Assembly (NCBI RefSeq): GCF_036365525.1
Contig: NC_090415.1
Coordinates: 9,052,001 to 9,116,000 of the forward strand
Reading direction: 5' to 3'
Source: Heterodontus francisci
Lineage: Eukaryota
DNA length: 64,000 nt
The position numbers and the translations under genes were made by a program. Below are positions 54,101-64,000 of the stretch, one piece after another. The notes below the pieces were generated by a model, which saw only the letters and a program-made list of their open reading frames with translations, was not told the DNA's origin and did no database searches. Every line of letters starts with the position of its first letter. The stretch's first letter is position 1.

Positions 54101-54780
54101 GTGTTCTGCTATCACATCATTTATAATAGACTCTAGGTGTTCTGCTATCACATCCTTTATAATAGACTCTAGGTGTTCTGCTATCACATCATTTATAATA
54201 GACTCTAGGTGTTCTGCTATCACATCCTTTATAATAGACTCTAGGTGTTCTGCTATCACATCCTTTATAATAGACTCTAGGTGTTCTGCCATCACATCCT
54301 TTATAATAGACTCGAGGTGTTCTGCTATCACATCCTTTATAATAGACTCTAGGTGTTCTGCTATCACATCCTTTATAATAGACTCTAGGTGTTCTGCTAT
54401 CACATCATTTATAATAGACTCTAGGTGTTCTGCTATCACATCCTTTATAATAGACTCTTGGTGTTCTGCTATCACATCCTTTATAATAGACTCTAGGTGT
54501 TCTGCTATCACATCCTTTATAATAGACTCTTGGTGTTCTGCTATCACATCCTTTATAATCGACTCTAGGTGTTCTGCTGTCACATCCTTTATAATACACT
54601 CTCGGTGTTCTGCTATCACATCCTTTATAATAGATTCCAGCATTTTCCCCACTACCAATGTCAGGCTCACTGGTCTGCAGTTCCCTGTGTTTTCTCTCCC
54701 TCCTTGTTTTAAATAGTGGGGTTACATTTACCACCCTGCAATCGGTACGAACTGCTCCAGAGTCTACAGAATTTTGGAAT
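48180..54780 (-). mobile_element. 5'-truncated decayed CR1 hosting the 36-bp satellite
   Basis: NVTPLFK..SLTLVVGKMLESIIKD [array] SQHGF; GVLQGSVFGPQLF..FADDT; 3' tail at 48180. Confidence 0.9.
49346..54637 (-). repeat. Tandem array, 147 x 36 bp, derived from CR1 ORF2 codons ESIIKDVIAEHL
   Basis: Unit CTAGGTGTTCTGCTATCACATCCTTTATAATAGACT; the 1815-aa ORF is 11 + 147x12 + 40 aa. Confidence 0.98.
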
Positions 54781-55994
54781 ATCCAGTACTTCATATGTAT
54801 CTCAGGCACTGTGTTGGCAACGCTTTGTTTCACACGTTAATGTATCAATATGTGTTTACTTGTGTTCAATTTAAAATATGGATTAATATTTTATTTGTAT
54901 AGGTTTTATTCAATTATTTTTTGTGAGTTGCAGTTTGGTACCCAATTTGTAGCTCTGCAAAAGCAATTGTGAATGATGATCTTTCAATTTTAGAACATGA
55001 CCTGATATGTAATGTCAAATTCCATCAGTTTGTAGAAAATGAATTCATCCTGTATGTTTTTGTCTGACCCTTGGTGACATGTTTGAACTGGTATTTGTAG
55101 CTCAGTTTCTATTGCGGGGTAAGTTATTCTGTAGCTATCGATCAGGTATATTTTGTCAGTTCTGTTGAAGATTTGATATTTGAATTGTAGCCAAGGCATC
55201 ACAATGAATTTAAATCAGATAATGTGTGTGATTTTGGACTGTAATTGATGTATCTACCAGTCAGTTGGAGTGAAATAGAAACAACTCCTATCTCTACTGC
55301 TCTATTTGACTATTGGATTGATAATGTGTCTCTCGACCTTGGAATCAGTGTGGGTCTGACTACTTATTTTGTTTTATTACAGTGGAAATGACCACCTGAC
55401 CATGTCAGTGTGCTTTTGTGAGTGATACTGTACCTACTGTATATTGGAACGAGCTGGATGCATGTTTCCTTCTGTCAAGGAGTCATGCCTATCGTTCTGG
55501 TTCCTTCAAGTGTTTGCCTGCAAGAAAAGAAAGGTAACTCTTATACTTGAATAACAGCTGAGTGAGAAGACAGAAAAGTGATCAATGTAATCTTTTCAAT
55601 AATAATCATTCTGAACAATCACAAAAGGAAAGTCAACAGCACAAGTAGTGTCAGTGTCTGAGTCCACTGCAGTACTGCAGAACTCTGCTTCTACTTGCCA
55701 GGTATTTGGAGCGGTTTTATAACAATTTTGTGACATTCAGAAACAACCCATGCCCCGCAGTGCTCAATGACTCGGACGACCCAATGGAGAAGGAACATTT
55801 GCACAAGCCAGAGTTCTATTTCCATGTCAAATTGTTCAATGGACAAGATGTCATAACTGTTTAAAAAAGTGTCCTTAATCTACTCACCAGATCCCTGCAA
55901 TAGACAGTCTTTGGAAATCTGCCGTTTCTTTGTTATTCAGCCATTTTTTTCCCCTGCCATTCACTATCCAATAACAACAAACAGTGAGATATTG

Positions 55995-56130
55995 GAATAA
56001 AAGCAAAATACTGCACATGCTGGAAATCTGAAATAAAAACAAGAAAAACTGGAAATACTCAGTAGGTCTGGCAGCACCTGTGGAGAGAAAAGCAGAGTTA
56101 ACGTTTCGGATCAGTGACCCTTCTTCGGAA
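55995..56130 (-). mobile_element. Penelope terminal fragment with hammerhead-like motif
   Basis: Reverse complement TTCCGAAGAAGGGTCACTGATCCGAAACGTTAAC..; GATATTGGA occurs on both sides. Confidence 0.75.
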
Positions 56131-56364
56131 CTTATATTATACCTGGGATATTGGATCTGACCGAGGAACATTCATTACAGTTTGGAGAGAGAAATCAGCA
56201 AACATTTTCAATAGGGAGTTCATCATGTTCTGTCTCTATCTTCCCCTGTCCAGACACTGTCCGAGAAAGACGTCTCCTTTTCCCCGGCTCACTCCATGTT
56301 CCGAGACCAGTTCCTGCTTCACAGTGCATATTACAAGCAGTCCCCCAGTCCCGCTGAATTAGCA

Positions 56365-59300
56365 GAAGTATTCCATTCAGCCCCTCGAGCTTGCTCCGCC
56401 ATTCAATTTGTTAATAGCTGATCTGTTTTTGACTCAAATTCCACACTCCTATCTACTCCCAATAATGTGTGATTCCCTTGCCTAACAAGAATCGATCTAC
56501 CCCCACCTTAAATATATTCAATGACCCTGTCACCACCACCTTCTGAGGCAGAGAATTGCAAAGTCACACAACCCTCAGAGAAAAAAAACTCCTCATCTCT
56601 GTCCTAAAATAGCGACCCCTAATTCTAAAACAGTGCCCCCGAGTTCTGAACTCATTCACTACAGGAAACATCCTTTCCACATGCATCTTGTCAAGACCAT
56701 TCAGGATCTTATATACTTCAATCAAGTCTCCCCTCACTCTTCTAAACTCCAGTGGAAAAAAAAAACACTCTGTCCAACCTTTCCTCTTAAGACAACCCAG
56801 TCATTCCAGGTATCAATCTAGTAAACCTCCTCTGAACCACCTCCAACATATTTACTTCCTTCCTTCAAGATGCAGACCAGAACTGCACACAGTATTGGAG
56901 ATGTGGTCACACCAATGCCCTGTATAACTGAAGCATATCATCTTACATTTATTTTCAATTCCTCTCGTAATAAAGGATAGCATTCCCTTTGTCTTCTTTA
57001 TGACTTGCTGTATGTGTATACTAAACTTGTGACTCATGCACTAGAACACTTCGATTTCTCTGCACTTCGGAATTATGTAGTCATTCTCCGTTTAGGTAAA
57101 ACTCTGCTTATTAACCTTCCTGACAAAGTGAACAACTTGACATTTTTTCACATTATACTTCATCTGCCAGATTTCTGACCACTCACTCAACCATCTATGT
57201 CAGTCTGCAACCTCCTTCTGTCCTCTTCACAACATACTTTCCTACCTATCTGTGTGTCATCTGCAAATTTAGCTGCCATGCTATTGCTCCCCTCATCTAA
57301 GTCATGGATATAAATTCTAAAAAGTTGGAGGCCCAGCACAGACCCCTGCGTTACTCCACTCGTCACTTCCGCCCAATCAGAAGAGGACCCATTTCTGCAT
57401 ACTCTCTGTTTTATGCCAGCCAGCCAATCTTCTATACATGCAAATGAATTACCCACTACACCATGAACTCCTACTTTTCACAATAACCTTTCATATGGCA
57501 CCTTGACAAAGGCCTTCTTGAAAACCAAATACTGTATGTCAATGGGCTCCCCTTTATCCCCAGTGCATTTTCCTCCTTGAAAGAACTCTAATACTTTGGT
57601 TAACCATGATTTCCCTTTCACATAGCCATGCTGAACATTTCCAATGACCTTGTGTTTTTCTGTATGCCCAGCTAAAGCCTCCTTAATGATCAATTCTAAT
57701 GCCTTCCCTGAATCAGGGGTCAAGCTAACTATCCTCTCGTTACCCGATTTCTGCCTCCCCACCTTCTTGAATAGAAGGGTTATATTTGCTACTTTCCAGT
57801 CTGATGGAACCTTTCTAGAATCTAGCGAATTTTGAAAAATTAACAACGAATTGACTACTTCAGCAGCCATAACTTTAAGGACCCGAGGATGAAGCCCATC
57901 AGGACCCAGAGACTTGTCAGCCAGCAGCTCCATCAGTTTACTCAGTACCACTTCCCTGGTGATTGTAACTTCACCAAGTTCCTCTCTTCCTTCCACCTCC
58001 TGATTTACTGCTATTACTGAAATATTTTGTGTATCCTCGAGTGAAGACAGAAGCCAAATAATTGTTCATTTCAACCACCATTTCCTTATTATCGACTATG
58101 AACCCCCCATTCTCATTCTCTCGATGACCATCACTCACTTTACTTACACTTTTCCTTTTTAAATACCTATAGAATCTCTTGCTCTCCGTTTTTACATTTC
58201 CAGCTAATTTGCTGTCAAAATCTAATTTATTTTCCCCTGATTAACCTTTTAGTTATTCACTGCCGTTCATTATATTCTGACCAATCATCTGACCTGCCAC
58301 TCGTCTTTACACAATTATATGCTTTTTCCTTAAGATTGAGGTTATCCTTAACTTCTTTAGTTAACAATGGATGGTGGGTCCTCCCCTTGGAATTTTACTT
58401 TACTGGAGGAATATACTTAATTTGAGTATTCTGAAATATCCCCTTAAATGTCTGCTACTGCTTCTCTTTAGATCTATCTCCTAGCCTAGTCACCCAGTTC
58501 AATTCAGCTAGCTCAGTTCAATTCAGCTAGCTCAGCTTTCATGCTCACATAGTTGTCCTTATTTAAGTTTAAAATATTAGTCTTAGACCCACTCCTCTCA
58601 CTTTCAAACTGGATGCAAAATTCAATCATATTGTGGTTGCTGCTACCTAGAGGTGCCTTAACTCTGAGGTCATTAATTAATTCAGTCGAATTACACAATA
58701 CCAAATCTAATATAACCTGCTCGCTGGATGGTTCTAGAATGTACTGCTCTAAGAAACTATCTCAAAAGCATTCTATGCACTCCTCATCCAGGCTACTTTT
58801 ACCAATCTGATTTTTTTTCCCAGTTTATATGTTGATTAAAATCCCCATTATTATTTCCATCCCTTTATCACAAGCACCCAATATTTCTTCTTGTCTACTT
58901 CATCCTACACTGTCATTATTGCTTGGGGGCCTGTACACAACTCCCACTAGTGACTTCTTTCCCTGACTATTCCTCATCGTCACCCAAACCGATTCTACAT
59001 CCTGATCTCCTGAAGCAAGGTCATCTCTTAATATTATACCAATGCCATCCTTGATTAACAGTGAAACCCCTCCTCCTTTACCTAGCTTCCCATTCTTATT
59101 GAATGTTAAATACCCCTCAATATTGAGGAACCAATCCTTGTTATCTTTCAGCCATGTCTCTGTAATGGCTATTATATCATATTTCTTTACTTCACCGTGC
59201 ACTATCTGTTCCTCGACCTTGTTATGAATGCTATGTGCATTCACATACAGAGCCTTATCTTTTTAACATCTAGTGTTGACTGTTGGTGTGTTCTTCGGTT

Positions 59301-59590
59301 TTTTCTCTCTGAGCCTTCCCACCATTCACTGGTCTTCATTTCCCATATTACTATTCTGCTCTCTTGCCTTGGCACCACCCCTTGATTTGTTACATCTACC
59401 CAAGCTTGATCCCTCTAACCCTTTGTTTTGTTCAAAGCCCTCTCTACTTCCCTAGTTATGCAGTTTGCTAGAACACTGGTCACAGCACGTTTCAGGTGCA
59501 GACCATCAGAATGGCACAGCCCCCATTTTCCCCAGTAATGATGCCAGTGCCCCACGAACTGAATCCCACTTCTCCCACACCAGTCTGTGG
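56365..59590 (-). mobile_element. Decayed CR1, third duplicate of 3420-6590
   Basis: ORFs 57187, 57478, 58513 and 58900. Confidence 0.92.
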
Positions 59591-59599
59591 GGGTCTAAG

Positions 59600-61380
59600 T
59601 TTCACTGTATATCTCTAAATTCCCTAGTCTACAATTTAACTCTCTCAGTTTCTGACTTTGAGTATATCCACACCTGTTTTATGTGAGATCCGTCTTATTC
59701 TGTACCTTTCAGCTTTTCGTGTGTCTCTGTGTCTGGCTTGTACTTTGTCCCCAACAGTTTAAGGCATATGAGTGTGGATTTGACTGTTAATATTACGTCC
59801 TCGGGAATATGAGTGGGGGTTTGCACTTCATCTTTGATTGTCTAGTAGGCCAATTTAAGGTTTAAGCTGTGCCCTTAAATTTCTAATGTGTAGCTGTGGT
59901 TTTTATCCTGTCGCAGTCACTATCTGTTATAAGAGTAAAGGGTACATTCTGTTTTTTGATTGTGGATTTTTCACCACATCTCTACATTGTCTCGGATGTG
60001 AATGTGATTTTTAATCTGTACATGCCAGTTTCTGACATATGGCTCTGAGGTTTAATTTGTACATGTCATTCTCTGGTATGTGACTGCCAATTTTATTCTG
60101 AAACTGTCAGTTTCCTTTACCTGTTTGCGAGTTTTAGTTGGTATCTGTCAGTATCCGGTATATAAATCTTCTTCCTTATGTGTATGTTTTGTTCTGTCTT
60201 TGTCAGTGTCTGAAGTGCCAATTGTTAGGTTTTCTTTGTACCTGTTAATCTCTGTTACAGATGAGAGACTTTCACTCTCAAACTGTAAATTTCTTGCAAT
60301 TCACTATGGATTACACTCTGTGTCTGTCAGTCTCTGGTAGTTAAGTGTGGCTTTTATATTTCAACTCCTAATTTCTGAGATGTGATTGGAGATTTTAATC
60401 TGTACCTTTTGGTTTCCAGTGTGCGAGTCTGTGTTTCAATCTGAATCTGCCAGTTTCTCATATGTGAGGATGGCATTGATTCTGTACCTGTTACTTTCTG
60501 AAATGTGTGAAGGTTTTAATCTCAGAGATACAGCACCAAAACAAGCTCACAAGTCCACGCCACCCATCAACCACCCATATAAACTAATACTACATTACTC
60601 CCATTCTCCCACCACCTACCTTCACGTGGAGCATTTTTTTTTTACAATGGCCGATTTACATATTAACCGACAATTCTTTGGCATGTGGGAGACAAACAGA
60701 GCACCTGGAGCAGACCCACACAGTCACAGGGAGAACTTGCAAACTCCACACAGGCAGTACCCAGAACTGGCAGTACCCAGAACTGAACCTAGGTTGCTAG
60801 AATTATGAAGGGCTCTGCGGTACTAACCACTGTGCCACTGTCAGTTTCTGGGAGCTGAATATGGGTTTACTCTGGATCTTTCAATCTTTGGAATTTGAGT
60901 ACGTGTTTTACCCTATACCTTTCAGCTTCTGTTAAGTGAATATGGGATTACATCTGTACCTGCCCATTGATAGTAAATTAATATCTGTTTTAGTCTGTCC
61001 CTGGCAGTTTATGGAAAATTTAAGGTGGTTTATTTCTCTACCTGCCAGATTCTGATATGTGACTGTTGTTTTATTCTGTACCTGTTATTTTCTACGATAT
61101 GCTTCTGTTTTTTGATCTGTACCTGTCAGTTGCTGTTAGCTGAGTGAGTTTTACTTTACACCAGTTGATTTCTGGTATGTGAGTATCAGTTTTAAGTTGT
61201 ACCTGTAAAGTTAAGGTATGACAGTGTGGGTTTATTCTGTATCTTTCAAACTCCAGTGTGTGATATGGGTTTTTCCTCTGAATCTGTCGATTTCTGGTCT
61301 GTAAGTTCCTGATAGGTGTATGTCTGCAGAATTCCTTTTTCTGCACCTATTAATGTCTGCTACGTGAGTATGTGTAATGT
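59600..61380. repeat. Degenerate 40-bp tandem repeat, duplicate of 44540-46025, with a V-SINE at about 60520-60840 (-)
   Basis: Collinear with the 44.5-46 kb block; SINE absent there. Confidence 0.85.
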
Positions 61381-61549
61381 GTGAAGACCAAGGCAAAATA
61401 ATAGTATAAATTATTTGCCATTTCCCTGTTCCCCATTATCAGCTCTCCACTCACATCCTCCAAGGTTCCCACACTCACTTTAGCTACTCTCGTTCTTTTT
61501 ATATAACCGGAGAAGATCTCACTGTTCATTTATATATTTCTGGCCAATT

Positions 61550-62105
61550 TAGAGTCACAGAGTCGTATAGTGTAGAAACAGGCCCTTCAGCCCACCGCGT
61601 CCATGTTGACCATAATGCCTATCTATACTAATCCCACCTGCCTGCATTAATTCCATATCCCTCTATGCCTTGCTCATTCAAGTACCTGTCCAGATGCCTC
61701 TTAAATATTGCTACAGTTCCTGCCTCCACCACCTCCTCAGGCAGCTCATTCCAGATATCCAGTATCCTTTGTGTGAAAAATTTACCCCTTTGATCCCCTT
61801 CAAACTTCCTCCCTTTCACCTTAAATCTATGTCCTCTAGTTTTAGTCACCCCTACCATGGGAAACAGACTCTGGCTATCTACCCTATCTATGCCTCTCAT
61901 AAATATATATACGTCTATCATGTCCCCTCTCAGCCTCCTTTGCTACAGGGAAAGCAGACACTGCCTATCCAATCTCTCTTCATAACTCAAGCCCTCCAAA
62001 CCAGGCAACATTCTTGTGAATCTTTTCTGCACCCTCTGTAGCTTAATCACATCTTTCCTGTAGTGCGGTGACCAGAACTACACACAGTACTCCAAATGCG
62101 GCCTA
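61550..62105 (-). mobile_element. CR1 3' fragment nested in an older CR1 (61380-62390)
   Basis: IDVYIFMRGIDRVDSQSLFP..FFTQRILDIWNELP; AATTTA on both sides; absent from the paralogue at 46190. Confidence 0.88.
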
Positions 62106-62391
62106 ATTTACTGGCAGAATCAATTTTCCCTCTCTTTATGAGCTTTTTAGTCGTCTGCTGCTGATTCTTAAAATATTCCCAATCCCCTGGCCAGCCACTA
62201 GTTTTTGCCTCTTTGTATGCCTTAGTTTTTGATTGGATATTCTCCTTGGCAGCATTTATTAACCACAGATGGTTCATCCTTCTCTTTTTGACTGGGATAA
62301 ATTTTTGCTCAGCATTATGAAATATCTGTTTAAATGCCTGCCACTGCTCATCCACTGACCTTCCCCTTAGTCCATTTACCCAGCCCGCTTT

Positions 62392-62758
62392 AGAGGGGGA
62401 GCAGCCAGAGGTCGTGGTGCACATTGGCACCAACGACGTAGGAAGGAAGGGTGGCACAGATGTTAGAAGTGAGTTTAGGGAGTTAGGCTGGAAGCTGAAA
62501 GCTCGGACGGACAGAGTTGTTATCTCTGGTTTGTTGCCGGCGCCACGTGATAGTGAGGCTAGGAATAGGGAGAGAGCACAGCTGAACACGTGGCTGCAGG
62601 AATGGTGTGGGAGGGAGGGCTTCCAGTTCTTGGATAATTGGACTGCATTCTGGGGAAGATGGGACCTGTTCAAACAGGACGGGCTGCATCTGAACCAGAG
62701 GGGCACCAATATCCTGGGAGGGAGGTTTGCTAGTACTGTTCGGGAGGGTTTAAACTAG
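62392..62758 (+). mobile_element. Young CR1, ORF1 C-terminal part (SGNH esterase-like), 5'-truncated
   Basis: GEQPEVVVHIGTND..VVISGLLP..LNTWLQEWCGREGF..DGLHLNQRG; stop TAG at 62756-62758. Confidence 0.92.
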
Positions 62759-64000
62759 TTTGGGAGGGGGATGGGAACCGGACTTGTAGTCCAGGGACCA
62801 GTGGGTCCACTCAGAAAGACAAAGAGTGTAGTGAGGTATTGGGGAAGGTAGCACTGTCGCAGAGGACAGATGGGCACGGAGAAGGGTTAAAGTGCGTATA
62901 CTTCAACGCAAGAAGCATCAGGAATAAGGTGAGTGAATTGAAGGCGTGGATGGGCACTTGGGACTACGATGTTGTGGCCATCACTGAAACGTGGATAGGT
63001 GAGGGGGAGGAATGGTTCTTGGAGGTACCTGGTTATAGATGTTTTCATAAGATTAGGAATGGTGGTAAAAGAGGTGGGGGGGTGGCATTGTTAGTTAGAA
63101 ATAGTGTAACAACTGCTGAAAGAATTTTCGAGGAGGATCTGCCGACTGAGGCACTGTGGGTTGAGGTCAGGAACAGGAAAGGAGCAGTCACCTTGATGGG
63201 AGTTTTCTATCGGCCCCCCAATAGCAGCAGGGAGGTGGAAGAGCAGATTGGGAAACAGATTTTGGAAAGGAGCAGAAGTCACAGGGTAGTAATTATGGGG
63301 GATTTCAACTTCCCAAATATTGATTGGCAACTCTTTAGATCGAATAGTTTGGATGGGGTAGTGTTTGTGCAGTATGTCCAGGAAGCTTTTCTGACTCAGT
63401 ATGTAGACTGCCCGACCAGAGGGGAGGCAATATTGGATTTGGTACTAGGTAATGAACCAGGGCAAGTGATAGAGCTGTTGGTGGGCGAGCACTTTGGAGA
63501 TAGTGATCACAATTCTGTAGCATTCACTGTGGTAATGGAGAGGGATAGGTATGTGCAACAGGGCAAGGTTTACAATTGGGGGAAGGGTAGATATGATGCT
63601 GTCAGGCAGGAACTGAGGAGCATAAGTTGGGAGCATATGCTGGCAGGGAAGGGCACGGTCGAAATGTGGAACTTTTTCAAGGAGCAGATAGTAGGGGCCA
63701 TTGATAAGCATGTCCCTGTCAGACAGGGAAGGGATGGTCATGTGAGGGAACCGTGGTTGACAAGAGAGGTTGAGAGTCTTGTTAGGAAGAAGAAGGATGC
63801 GTATATAAGGTTGAGGAAAAAGGGCACAGGCATAGCTCTGGAGGGATACAAGATGGCCAGGAAGGATCTGAAGAAAGGGATTAGGAGAGCTAAGAGAGGG
63901 CATGAAAAATGCTTGGCGGGTAGGATAAAAGAAAACCCCAAGGCCTTTTACGCGTATGTCAGAAATATGAGGATGACTAGGGGGACCGTAGGTCCGGTCA
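62749..64000 (+). CDS. Young CR1 ORF2 (APE endonuclease and linker), open to the window end; missing from the ORF track
   Basis: Manual translation: LKCVYFNARSIRNK..VVAITETW..GGGVALLV..FYRPP..MGDFNFP..ILDLVL..SDHN..KENPKAFYAY; no stop from 62734 to 64000. Confidence 0.92.

Noticed and set aside
49346-54637. CRISPR array (36-bp repeats)
   Set aside because: Units are head to tail with no unique spacers, there are no cas genes, and the DNA is eukaryotic.
49223-54670. 1815-aa and 724-aa ORFs as real protein genes
   Set aside because: A 36-bp unit without a stop gives long ORFs on both strands automatically; there is no true ATG start for the long ORF and the host CR1 is frameshifted.

Overview
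This is eukaryotic vertebrate DNA. The V-SINE/HE1-type SINEs, CR1/HER1-type LINEs and Penelope tails point to a cartilaginous fish, probably a shark. The centre (about 14.1-29 kb) is a replication-dependent histone cluster. It holds one complete quintet, H1(+) H4(+) H3(+) H2A(-) H2B(-), and a broken upstream copy made of an H2B remnant, an orphan H3 3'UTR and intact H2A and H2B. All seven intact genes have the 3' stem-loop. The flanks are about 10-kb segmental duplicates built on an old, strand-biased 40-bp tandem repeat filled with decayed CR1 LINEs, SINEs and Penelope tails carrying hammerhead-like motifs. Two things stand out. First, a young CR1 at the right end has an open ORF2 with no start codon, lying in the -1 frame directly behind in-phase slippery heptamers (G GGU UUA / U UUA AAC UAG), which suggests programmed -1 ribosomal frameshifting. 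Second, a 5.3-kb satellite of 147 x 36 bp has grown in frame out of 12 codons of a CR1 ORF2, and its unexpanded and empty paralogous sites are in the same window. TE boundaries are approximate and family names come from motif recognition, not database search.
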